The translations under genes were made by a program, and so were the position numbers. 64,000 bases of DNA. Origin: Azolla caroliniana. Its lineage: Eukaryota; Plantae; Polypodiophyta. How positions within the stretch are numbered: the stretch's first letter is position 1; each line of letters begins with the position of its first letter. The notes below the pieces were generated by a model. It was given only the letters and a program-made list of their open reading frames with translations. It made no database searches and was not told the origin of the DNA. The DNA lies in NCBI GenBank assembly GCA_043228905.1, contig JBHGNT010000002.1, positions 28,272,001 through 28,336,000 of the forward strand. Reading direction: 5' to 3'. Shown in pieces: positions 25,996 to 38,426 of the stretch.

Positions 25996-28900
25996 CCTGT
26001 AAACATGAAAACACATATATGGACCAAATCACATACACTTAAAAATATGCAAGCACATACACAAATGGGCACTCACATACTTAATGCACATACACACTAT
26101 ACATATAAACACATTTTACTTATACTGTCTTAACTATACATACTGTCTTAACTATACACAAATGCTTGTGTATATCTAGGCACGCATACACTACAAAACA
26201 AATAATCATCATACATACAAGAGAAACATGAGAACACATACCCCAATCTTGCACATACTCCCTTATTACTATACAAACACTCACTTATATAAATCATGTA
26301 TCATACACATCTAGATATTCTAACACATGAATTCGTCGAACTGAACCACATTTCACAAGGAAAAGTGAATTGCATTAGTTAGCAGTGTTTGTGTGTGCAC
26401 TTACAAGTGCACTCGTCCAAAACAAAACGGGAAAACTCTACATTGAGTATCATCTCCTGTAACCTTTCATTGACAACATCTTTGTCAAAGCCATCTTCCT
26501 TGGTTCAAGTCCAATGTGGTTCCGCTCAACAGGTGAATGTGTGTGACAATGACATTTACTTCTAATTTTTTTTCAAGACTACAAGTGAATATAACATGTG
26601 GTCTTTTATATTAGACAATGGAATAAAATTACATATCTTAAATTTGTGAAGGAGTTGCCTAATTTGCCTCACATAAAGCATGGCCACTATAGAACATTTC
26701 ACCAACAACATAGATGCAATATGAATTCATTGCAAGGGACTAATTTCCATTTATACAATTCTCAATGAAAACTATTAAGTTTAGAAACTTTTTTTGGTGA
26801 TATGTATAACATATTACTTAGGAATATGAGGCGTAAGTGTAAAGTTCAAATTGTACCTTTCATTAATATGAAATATTGAGTCCTCTTTAGATTTTGTGTG
26901 ATACTAATATTCAACCAGAACATTTAGCTTTCAAATATGGAATGCGCAATACTAGTACTTGCCATGTTTCAAGTTTGATTCTTGACTCTTATTTATTTAG
27001 TACATGAGGCAAAGCTACTCACAAAGTAACTCATGGTCACATGGACAATGTCAGGGTACTCATGCTTGGATAATAAGTAGCTTAGAGATGATATCAATAA
27101 TTGACAAATGAAATGACCTTTGGCCACATTTGATACATTAGGATTAATAATATGTCATATTCATGGACCACACAAACACATGTATGTGTTCATTTGGAAG
27201 GCAAACACGATTACTTTGTTGTACTTCTAAGATAAACCAAATCACCTTTCAAGTAGGGTTACACTATGAAGAAGGGATTTGAACACCTTGCAAAATTGAT
27301 ATCTACTTCTTGTCCTTGACCTTTGATCATGAATCCTAGGACATCCATAATACTCATGATAATGATGGCCATGCTTGCAATTGTGGGACCATGATTTTAA
27401 TGTTCTCAACAAAATTGTGTGTGGATGCCCTCTTATTAAATTAACTTGTAGGTTGTCATTGTGCTATTTTATCCTCTCTTTTTTGGTCTATGAATAAATC
27501 TCAGATTGATTATGTAGATTGACTTAACTATATCATTTTGTCTAGAAACATTCTAATAAAAATTGTGTCATTTAATATTGGGTGCATTCATTTGGCCAAC
27601 AAGTGGTAGGCAAGCTTCTTAATTCTTGAGGCTTGCTTTTTCTCAAGAAGCCCAACTTTTGGTGTAGGTTGGCAAGTTTTGGAAAGTATGTTTTTTCCTT
27701 CCAGGATCCTTAAGCATGACTGTGTGATGATGTGTATTCATCACCCATGCAAATAACCATCTAGATTCTATACCGTTCCAACCAAGCATTCTCATATTAA
27801 TACTATCTCTAATTAATTTGAGTGGTGTTTTGACAAGGACATTTCTTGGAGATATACAATTAGGAAACTTGCTTATTAAATTGTGGGTTTGTTAATATTT
27901 AACAATTACTAACAAGAACCTTGATTAGCAATATGAGCTAATCACGAAAAAAAATGCATGTGGAACTCATGCTATTAGGGTTAGCATTATGTTTTAGCAC
28001 TTTTTTCAGTTTTTGGAGTTTCATTTTTCAAACTTTAGGAAAATGAGAAGTTCTATACAAAACCCAAAGCACCTAGTTGAAGGAAGCATTGATGGAAGTC
28101 TCTCTTCATGACATCTATTTATTTGAATGCACAAAAATACAAAATACAAAATGGATTACATCACAATGAGAATCACATGTTTTGGTAGCTCTATCTACTT
28201 TTATCAATGCATATTAATGTTTTTAACTCCAGCAACTATAATAAATGTAGAGAGAGGACCACATGATCCCATCCTCAACATGTATCAACAATTTGATGTA
28301 CACCCGATGTATTTGGTCACAAGATTAATTCTAGCATTGATATTTTTTGCTTTCCAACATTGTAACTTGAAAAGTGATCTACAAGCCATATTGTTAGACA
28401 CTTAGTATAATTTGTCCATTATCTCAAATTGAACGCATTTGAAGAGATTGGGGAAAAGAATATTCTGGTTGCAAAGCACGTCAAGCTTTACACCCCTACA
28501 GCCTCATCTTAATATTTTAAAAAACACGAGATATTGATCAAATGGTGAATTGACAAACCTACAAGACAATGATTTGTTGGTTGAAGAGGGGGGGTTTTGC
28601 ATGTCTCCAACATGAATTATAAAGGCAATGCTTTCGCAAAATGCTTTAGCATCTAATGTCTCGTTGTCATTATGTTCATAAATATGGGGACAACGCATAT
28701 GCAGATTGCCTAATCTTCGTTTTAAATTTCATATCTAGGGGCTTGGTTACGTTATGAAAGTGTTTGTCCTATTTTCCTACACATTAATCTATAATGCTTT
28801 AGCTAATTGGCAACATACTTGTGTAAAGTACCCTCTCCTAAGCATCACAATAACTCACATCAACACTAGCTTTTGTGAGAAATTAAATGCATTCCCCAGT

Positions 28901-30392
28901 TTAACAACACCAGAGAACAGAAAGTTACCACCAACAAAGTGTTTTTTTAGGGTCATAGTCTATTTTTCGATGACGTTACAGATTCTTACACACTGACATG
29001 CTATCTTTTTAGATTTTGTGTGTCGCTATAATTTCTTAATGTTATTGTTTTCATTCTTCTTATGATGGAAAACATGACAATATGCATCATCTAAAACTAA
29101 ATCGTGACCAAGTTTTATTAGCAATTCACAACATGGAAATGGACCCCCAGAGATTGACCTACAACCCAAGCATTGCAAGCATAAGTTCATTAATTTTGCA
29201 CTACACTATCACGATTATGTATTTGAATCTCAGAGTTTCATTATGATGACTTCGTATATCTATCTAGACAGTATGTTGTGTATAAGACATGCTTTTATTG
29301 ATCATTTTCATTTTCATGTTCTTTAATGCCCGAGACATTCATTAATGAGAGTAGCCTCACTTCATAAGTTAAATATGAAACTATGTACAAATTTCAAGAG
29401 TATTATACATATGCGATGATCGATCCATCCAATGGTGGATAGAGGTAGATCAAATAAGCTTCTCTTGAGGGTCGTTCCATCTGAAAGGTTTGATAAATAT
29501 GGAGGGATGGCACCCAATCATGGAAGTCAGGTAGTGGACGATGCATACATTATAAGCCCATTCACGGAGCAATTTCCGAGCAGAGTTTGTAGAATGTAAT
29601 ATAATGTACCTATTACGATGGATGCAGTGGGATGGAGCAAAATGTTTGAGAGAAAGGGCCAATTTCGAACAATTTTGTGAGTCTAGGTTAAAGAACTCTT
29701 GAGTCTTGACATGAACAAAAGAAAGTTTGTCTGGAAACTTCCAAGGATTCGATCGAAGAAAGGAACCTGCGGCAATTATTGCAAAACTCAGAGATATGTC
29801 AATTGTGGTTCTTTGGGTAGCACAAACAGGGAGGGACCCGCAAAATGTTCAGGGAAAAAGGTATTAGAATGATGTCGCTTCTTTTGAGCTTGGTTGACCA
29901 CATAATTATTGTCTTGGTAACTTCACAATAAATCTGGTGAGAAATTCTTCGTAAATTCATTTTATCTCATGAAATTCAGCCAATTGGTGAAGCATTCCAA
30001 CCAACACGTTGGGTGATGCTTTCTAAGCCAATGCATCTGAGGGATACAATGAGTGGTACATGCTACTTCCTAGTAGATTGTGATGCAAAACCAAACATGA
30101 ACCACACACACACACACACACGTGCGCCGCATGTGATTTAGTTGGTCACAAACAGTGGCACGAGATGATACCAGTCTTTGGGTACTAGGGAAAATGCGAA
30201 CAAACATGTCAGCTTTGAGCTCGGTGAAATGAGCGAATCGCTCGCTCTAGACATCAATCAAATATGCGCAAGCCATGGAGCTAGCGGAACGGGTGAGATG
30301 GGCACATCCTTAGAAACAAACGGACAGAATGCTTCACTTCGGTGGCTTTAATTTCGGGCAATGCCGAAGATGAAATGAGGTTTACCTATAGG

Positions 30393-30393
<1 letters not shown>

Positions 30394-30425
<32 letters not shown>
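30394..30425. repeat. (TA)n microsatellite
   Basis: Direct TA run upstream of the nsLTP gene. Confidence 0.9.
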
Positions 30426-30429
<4 letters not shown>

Positions 30430-30946
30430 GAGTGCTCTTTCTTTCATCTACATATTTCTCCTTTGGCAATTATGGTGATAATGTACTTTTGTGAACCATT
30501 GAGAAAGGAAAAAGCGGACTGTAAGGATTGTTGTGCATGGGAATGGTAAGGGTAAATAGTAGGAGTACGGTTGGGGGAGTTGGTAATGTGTCTTCAATGG
30601 TGGTACTGGGAGGGAGGGACCATTTTTGTGCACTGCTGAGTGGAAGGAAGGAACCCCCCTCTTATGACTGACAGGTATGAAATGCTAAGGTAGTTAATGA
30701 TGTGGCTGGGAACAGGTATAGAAAGTGAATGTGCCTCATTTATGATCATGTGTAGCTTCACGGGGGGGGGGGGGGGGGGGGGAGGGGGGGGGATATATGG
30801 TCTTCAATGAGCCCAATGCAAATGATAAAATGCTAATGTTGGTGGTGGTCAGAGCTGCTAAGGTAAGGTAGTAGAGCAAGAGCAAAGCAGAGCAAATACT
30901 GTAGTGTGTTGTGTTTTGTGTGTGTGTGAGTGAGTGAAAGAGAGAT

Positions 30947-31312
30947 ATGGCAATGTCCGCGAAGACTGTCACTGCTATTGTAGTAGTTTGTGTGGTGTTG
31001 CTAGCAGCGGTGGGGGAAGCTCAATCGTCCGGAGGAGGAGCCAAAGGAGGAGGAGCACCAGCAGCCGCCATATATAAGGTGAATGGAGATTGTAATGCCG
31101 TGGCGGGCGCGGTGACCCAGTACTGCAGGGACTTTGTGGTGGGCGATGCCCCGCCATCGCCCGCTCTCAACAGCCCCTGTTGCAAGACTCTTCGACAGAA
31201 TCGGGCCCGACTGGATTGCTTGTGCGGCCGTATCAACTTCGCTTCCCTCAACAAGAAGAACCTCCTCTTAACCGCCACCATTTGCGTCGTCGGCCGCCTA
31301 CCTTGCACCTGA
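30947..31312 (+). CDS. Non-specific lipid transfer protein-like (8-cysteine motif, prolamin superfamily), secreted
   Basis: The ORF has a hydrophobic signal peptide ending in VGEA and a Gly/Ala linker, followed by C-X10-C-X17-CC-X11-CLC-X19-C-X6-C. It is a GC-rich single-exon ORF with no GPI tail. Confidence 0.9.
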   Translation: MAMSAKTVTAIVVVCVVLLAAVGEAQSSGGGAKGGGAPAAAIYKVNGDCNAVAGAVTQYCRDFVVGDAPPSPALNSPCCKTLRQNRARLDCLCGRINFASLNKKNLLLTATICVVGRLPCT

Positions 31313-33469
31313 AAGAAGGGATGGATGGATGGATCTCTCTCTCTCTCTCTCTTCCTTCCAATTGTTTTCAATCCATCTCATTCATTCAATCCGCTAGCTA
31401 CCTCCCTTATCCTCTCTCATTTTCTCGTCCTACTTCCCAATGATCTTTGGTAGTAGGTAACTGTGTCTGTCCATGATTTCATTCATTTCCCTACTAATTT
31501 TCCATTCCCATACTTCCCAACTTACTTCCTCTTGTTTGGAAAGCATAAATTTTCTTTATTTTCATGAGTGTCCAAGGCAACAACAACTCCGGACTACATT
31601 GTGTGCATTGGATATATATGCTACAAATTAAATAACATTCATTTATCAATGTTTGGTGCCAGGTGGTTTCTTAACAATTTACAAGAAACAAACAGTAACA
31701 GTTGCAATCTTATTGTTTACGGTTCATTCGCCACAATTGGCCATTCTAGGGTGATGACCATATAATAAAATGACATTCCTTCATCGAGATTTCACTCCCC
31801 GACCCCCCTCGAAGGATTTTCCATCCTCATGTAGTAATCTCAACTTGCTATATTTCATTTCCTAATTAATTCAACAGTTACTCTGCTTTCTTCCCATGTT
31901 CTGTCTGCTTGACTGATTGCCAAAATTACAACATCTGTTGCCATAATGCTTAAGTTACTATATCCATATATGTATGTATGATGCATCTCCTACAGTGGGT
32001 GGCGTTCATTGTGCACTTGGGCATTCTAGAGAAACCCATTCATAATAACTCTCCCTTCCTTGAGTTTTTCTGATCCTTTACAGGATCTTATGGAAAATTA
32101 CATATTTGTCATGTGCGTTCTTGTCTAACACAAGAAACAATGTGTCATATCATAATCAAATAGTGATTGTTCCTTCCATGGTCATGGTTACGCAATTAAT
32201 GGAGATTACGATTCTTATTCTTAATGCCTGAATACATCAATAAATTGTAACTATGGTTTTCTTTGATAAGTCGCGAGAAAAGTTTATTCTTTCAAGAGAA
32301 ATGTTAGAAGACTTACTAGTAGAATGACTCGATATCACTGCACTAGGATGCGCTTGAAGAAAGCTTATATTGCTATGAACAATGGGGCACAATATGATAC
32401 TTATCCATAACTGAGAGATTGCTTAAATATATGTTGGATTATAGAAATGTTTTACCATGTTCTTTGGAGCATATCCGATGTATTTTTCACAGTCTTAACC
32501 AATTTACCTTCTTATTGGTCACTTCATTGATGAGGTGTTGTTGCTTGAAGAAATTTAATAGGTATTTGTCCTTCGTGCTCTTTAGCTTAAACCCCCAAAA
32601 AGGGTCCTGATTCCTGAAACAAATTGATCCACTGTAAAGGTTAAAAAACACAGTCACGTGGGAACTAGCGGTAAAGAAGTACTTAATAAAATGAATGGAA
32701 GGAATACTTATTTGGCCAAAATGTAAAGGTAAAGGTCAGAAAGAAAACAATGTAAAGGGTCAAGGCAGCAAAGTTCTTGTCACAATTAATGGAATGAATA
32801 CCTATTTTGCGTTCATAGCCAATAAATTTAGCTTTTTGAGGCTAAACTTAATGGAGCGTATCTAATTTGACAACGGTTCTTCTGACAAAAAAAGAGAAAC
32901 GGCAAGGTTTCAGACAAAAAAAATAAACGCTTAAATGCAACAGAAAGCAATTTAACGAAAAGCAGCAGAGGCAGTGCAACTTTTTATTTTGAACGGAACT
33001 TATGTGGGAAAGACCCGTCCCCATAGCCAATATTATGATCACCTCACGGACATTAGTGCTATATACATACATAATGTCCATTCACCTAAGAAATATATAT
33101 GGCCAAAAAATGGACAAAAAGTGTGGATGAAAATGAAATTTTAGAAGATGATGCTCCCCGTTTGTTCTTCTTGGAAAGAATTTCATGATGTGAACAATTG
33201 TAGGTGGGTGGGTCCTCTTGCTTCAAAGAGCCTCTGACGGTTCAAGATAAAAGGTAGATTAGATCCTTGACATGAAGAGTGAGACTGAGTCGATTCAATA
33301 GAAATAATTAGGAACGGAACCAGTAACCCTACCTATACTAGGTAAGTGGACTCCGACCATGGAAATGAATCTATTGATCTAACCACAAAGACAGTTTTAT
33401 CCTGAAATACAAAGTGAGGCCACTTAGTAGTCACAACAACAATGAATATATACACACACACATATATAT

Positions 33470-33710
33470 ATTGCGATGAAATCTTCTCCCCTATTGTAAA
33501 GACATTATCGATGTTGTTGGCATTGTGTCTAAGGACATGGAACTCGAGTCAATAGATGTAAATATTGCCTTTTCGCAAGGAGTTCTTAAAGATTGAAGTG
33601 TATGTGGAGCAACTTGGTTTTAAGGAATTCAGTGAGAAGGAAATCATATGCCTATTAAAGAAGAGTCAGTAGAGATCGAAGAAGGGACTATGTATATGAT
33701 AACCTCTATG
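33470..33710 (+). mobile_element. Degenerate Ty1/Copia reverse transcriptase fragment
   Basis: The frameshifted translation DEIFSPIVK..MELESIDVNIAFSQG..EVYVEQ..GF matches the Copia RT motifs ETFSPV / QMDVKTAFLHG / EVYMEQP.GF. Confidence 0.7.
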
Positions 33711-34835
33711 ATAATCTCTATGCAACTATTGGAATTGTAGTACTTGCATGATAATAAGAGGATAGAAAAAGAATTTTAAAAGGCTTTAGACCGATGATAA
33801 GGGTTTAGATTTTAAGGGCAATGAAAGAATATAAATGGGAATGCATGAAGAATGCACATCAAATAAGTGAATTTTAAAATAAAATCTTTGTAAGAATAGA
33901 TGTCACTAATGGAGCAATAGAATAATCATTCATGGGAGGGAGAAAAATAAGAACTCATGTCACTACAGGTTTTCTCAGATGCTACAGGTGCATCACTTAA
34001 CTGGAATAAGTCGGTTGGCCTTTGGGTGGGTGCAGAAACTCATCCTGAGTGGTATCCAGGTCCTGCTTTTCGATGACTTCATCATGGTGAGCCAATTCGA
34101 TATTTGGGATGTATGGTTGGAATAGATTTAAGGCCAGAAGCAAAGCTATCTCCATTACTATTATCATTAAAACGTAAATTACTGTATTGGGATGCCCAAC
34201 AATTGTCTTTTGCGGTTCGGGTTGTAGTAGCAAACACAATACTATTGGCATCAATGTGGTTTATAGCATCTGTGTGGCTATTTTCTAGATCAACAATAAC
34301 AAAAGTGCAAAGCTTGATTTGGAATTTCCTTTGGGGGGGAAAACATGGCTCTCCTACAGTAGCCAAAGTTGCTTGGAATGTGTTGATTCAACCTAAAATC
34401 AATGGAAGGTTGGCTTTGATAGATCCTTTGATGCATGCAAGAGCTCTCTTGACTAAGTTTGTTATCAGAGGTTTGTTGCCAGGATCAGAAGCTTGGAAAG
34501 GAATGTTTTTAAATCAGTTAATGCAGTTAACTCCGAAGACAGGAGGAGCATGGTCACCCTCTCTAAAGTGGTTGTTCTTGAATGACATGAAAACGCCAAG
34601 GAGGAATCTTGCATCCAATAGATTTTTGCTAGGAATCATAAGAGCGTGGGATGCGATCAAATCATTTTTGCTACAGGACAAACCTTCTACTTGGGATGCA
34701 TTACTTAATCAGCCTATGCTTGCGAATTCTCTATTTCAGGATAATGCAAGAAAAGTATTGGGCATGTGTACTCACCTTGCTTGGGGTAAATTGGATAATG
34801 GGCCAGCTGCATCTGTAAGAACTTGGACTCATTTG

Positions 34836-35268
34836 TGTTAACTCTTCGGGCCGGACAATGGCCTAACACAGGGTGTCTACGAGAGACACTTCACCAAAGG
34901 GTGTTACGGCAACCGGATTAGACTTCAACGCTTAATCCGACTTAGTTAAGTTACTTATTAGGATCGTCTTCATAACACGCGTAAGATATAACAATTAAGA
35001 CAGAACGGCAATTAACACAGAGATATAACAACGCTTAAGCTTTCATTAATTAACCGCTAACTATTACATTGTATCCGGGCCTTTAAATATGTTTCCGGTC
35101 TGTATTACAAAACGCTTTCATCCGCACCTGTTCGGGATCGGTCCGGATCCGGAACGGCATACCGTTTTCGGTCGGTCCGTCCACACTCATAGCTTAATTA
35201 CAACCACATTCCTACTACTTAATTAGCTCTCCGTTTCCCACTCTGGACTCCTTTGCCGGCCGGTAACA
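34836..35268 (-). repeat. 3' LTR of the Gypsy element
   Basis: TGTTAAC...GGTAACA; about 16 substitutions versus the other LTR by manual count (about 96% identity). Confidence 0.96.
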
Positions 35269-35322
35269 CATGGCACGCCCGTGGGACAGTACCTTGTACG
35301 TCGAATCCACAACCGACCCTTG

Positions 35323-38273
35323 CTATTCTTTGTCCAAAATGTCCAGAATGCTCTGTTCGAGAGGCTCCAATGGTTCATCTGGAAGTGGTTGTTGTTGCTG
35401 CTCTGTTGCTGTCTGCTGTGGCGGGTCCGTTGGTGGTTGCTGCGGCTGCTCCTCCGGTTGTGGCTCTGACACCGGCGTCTCCGTCGTTGCTCCCTGCGTC
35501 GTGGTGGTCTCCGGTTGACTGATTCCCTGTTGGCCCTTAGCCGGCGACGGTTCCTCATCACTAAGGTTAACCGTTGTCGCTTCCCGTGCTTTTTCTTCCC
35601 GCACCCGAGACCGCTCGTAGCTTTCAAACTGGATTTGAGCGTCCAACCTATCATCGTCTAACTGAGCTACGAGCTGCCTGACCTGCGCCAGCTGTTCATC
35701 TGCCAGGACTTGGAAGTCGTCGGCCAGCTCGTCCCGTATGGCGGTGAAGTCCTCGGAAGTCAACGTATAACAGTCATCTCCTTCCTTCCGCCGGTTTGCC
35801 ACATCCGCCCGTAGCAACTGGAGTTCCACCGCGTTTTGTGCCCACTTTGTCCACCATTTCACGGAGCTTTCATGAATCAAGTGTTTCGTCTGATTTAGCC
35901 ATGCCCGGAGGATGGACTGAATCCGGCTCGTTCCCAATTGCGATTTGGTTTCCGCCGCTTGCCGTTCCTCCTTCAGTTGTTTGATGATTTTTACGTTGTC
36001 CTCCGCCTGCGCCTTGTAATGCGTCAATTGCCTTTGATATGTACTTTGTAATTTCTGCAATACTGTTGATGCTCTCTCTTTGTCTTCCTGCTGCTGCCTC
36101 TGGAGCTCCATTCAGACCTTCTCCGCCTCTTCCAAGCGTCTTGTATTTTCCGCCCGTTCGTCGGCGATCGTCGTCGCGGCCCGATCAACTGCCTGCTGGA
36201 GCTCGGCCATCCGTTCTTTATGCTCCGTTTCTAGCCGTTTGTAGTCCCGGTGCAGGTGCTCAAAATCATCTGTCTTTTGCTTGAGTCGTGCGTTGATCTG
36301 ACGACGGGCCCGGTCCTCGCGGTCCTTCTGCTGGCGGAGCTCTTCCTTTAGCCGTTCAATCTTTGTTTCCGCCGTTTTCCGTAGCTTGTCCTTTTCCTGC
36401 AGCACTTTGTCTTTCTCCTCCTTTAGCCGGTCGTACGCTTGATGGCCTTTCCAGAGGCTCTCCTCTGCCCGGCGGAGGTTCTCAGCAGTCTTCTTTAATT
36501 CGGCTTCGGCCGCCGTCTTCAATTCTCATTCACGGCTCCTTAGCGCTTCTTGTGCGGCAAGTTCCTCTCTCAATTCCGCAAGCTCCCGAGCTTGCGCCGC
36601 ATCTCTCGCCGGAACGGTTTCCGTTGTCGGGGTCTTATTGCTATGTACAAGTCGTTCCGTTTCTTTATTCTGTACACTTACCGGAGTCACCGGTGATTGG
36701 ATCCGTATTTTGGCCATCTCTGTCGTGACCTGATCCAAATCTTTTTCAAGGCACCGGATTCTGGACCGGGCCGTCTCTAGTTGTTCGGTTATGACGAGCA
36801 ACCGTTCGCTTTGCGCTCTTTCTTCCGCCTCTATATACCCCACTGCTCCGGCTATCTGTTCGCCTATCCACCAAAGCCACAGGCTACCGGTGCCTTGTTG
36901 TGCTTGTACGGAGGTTTGATAGATGGGCTCACTTGTAGAGGGGTGGTCCCGCCTGGTTGCGCCGAGTTGCAGTTCCTTTTCTGCCCGTGGGCCATCCTGC
37001 TGTCCTGGTTCCCCTTGCGCTTCTTCTTGGTTGACCGAGGGAGGCTGCAGTGACCTTTCCGGCTCTGGTGGGATGGGACTTGCCGGTGTTGCCGGTGGTG
37101 CCGGGGCTTCTGTTTCTGGTGCCATCTGCACCGGTTCCGGTTCCTTCCTTGGCGTGGGAGTCTCAGTCTGGGGAGCCGGTGTTCCCTCCGTCTGAGGGTC
37201 CGAACGTTTCCCAGCTGTCTCAACGGTCCTTGCCGACGACCGTCGCTGGAGGTGCTCCGTAGGCTCCTCCTCTATTTCCTCCTCCTGAGCTCCGGCATTG
37301 AGTTTTGCCGCCAAGGGGTCCACTTCTCGATTCACCGATCGGCGGAGTGTGACCTTTACGAGCCGTGCCGGTGGTTCCTCCTGCGCCTCCGTTGGGCGCT
37401 TCCGGCTGCCGCTTCTTGTTGCCGCCTGTTCTGCATCCGCCGCCTTTCCCTTGGTGTCGTCCTTGGTGTGCCGTCCGGCACTCTTCCTCGCTTCTTGGGC
37501 TGGACGGTCTGAACGGATGGCACCAGCAAAGTGAGCCACTGCGTTACGGCGTGCCATATCCTTCATCCGTCTCGGCCTTCTTTGCCGTCTTTGCCTCTAA
37601 CGATCTCGATCGCCGCACACAACCCGTCTACGATCAATACCGGCCAATCCACCTTGATCCCTTCATAGGTGGCGATGATCATCCCTGCCCGGTTCTGCGG
37701 CATGACAGGGGGTCTAGGGTATACGTGGCCGTATTCATGGAGCACACGAGCAATTTCGCGGAACAGCATATCTCCGCCGCCCTGTGTCCGGTAGCCCTTG
37801 CTGGCTAGAGAGTACTCACCAAAATACCTGATGAGTTGCTCCGGGGTTGGATTGTCGATCGTGAGTATGCCTCCCTCCGGAAGGCATGTTAATGCTCGAA
37901 TCGCCTCTGCCGTTATGACCTCTGTATCGATTTCCTTGATCACTTTGTCGGCTTCTTTGTGTGGCGGTACTTCCATCATCATCAAGAAGCCCTCGAGCCC
38001 GTGTTGCTTCGGCCATGTCTTGGCGGCTTCCGACAGCGTTTGCGGGTCCATCTCTGTGTCAGGGTCGGATTGCGGTGACGAGGATGGATGGTGATGAGAG
38101 CGGGGTTGAGAAAGAGAGAGTTCAGAAGGCGGGGGTTCTCTGTGCGCAGTTTCTCGTCTGATGATCTTGCAGCGTTTCGGTGCTTCTGTGCTCCTGGGTT
38201 CGCGAAAATAGAGGGTCTCTACACGCAATGGTTTTTGTCTGTGCATTCTGGCGCCTTTTTCGAGTTTGTGCAT
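35323..38273 (-). pseudogene. Extra ORF (about 980 codons) of the Gypsy element between integrase and the 3' LTR; disrupted; function unknown
   Basis: ORF segments 37566-36526, 36522-36112 and 36111-35323 share one frame and are separated only by single TGA codons. Segment 38273-37563 joins by an apparent frameshift. The product has a globular-looking N-terminal part, a Pro/Glu-rich linker and a long coiled-coil-like E/K/R/A-rich region. Confidence 0.8.
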
Positions 38274-38426
38274 GTCGCGTACTTAAAATAGCATTATGTC
38301 CTGTGGTGGCGCTTTAAATACCCACTACGTACCTTTTCGCTCCACGCTCTTTCATCCATTCATTCCTCGCTTTTGCATGATTGTTTTTTTTTTTTTTTTT
38401 CAGTTATTATTATTATTAGTGTGACG

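Noticed and set aside
26300-29300. Possible decayed DNA-transposon or LINE coding relic
   Set aside because: Only vague peptide-like stretches are visible, and I could not recover a diagnostic motif or termini by eye.
30762-30792. Poly-G tract as a functional G-quadruplex near the nsLTP promoter
   Set aside because: Similar G/C homopolymers occur elsewhere (about 4155 and 52533). Homopolymer lengths are error-prone and there is no evidence of function.
6589-31312. Putative lipid-metabolism gene cluster (PES acyltransferase, DUF829 hydrolase, nsLTP, trihelix regulator)
   Set aside because: Predicted compartments differ (plastid versus secreted), no shared pathway is established, and co-expression cannot be seen from sequence. 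Adjacency alone is insufficient.
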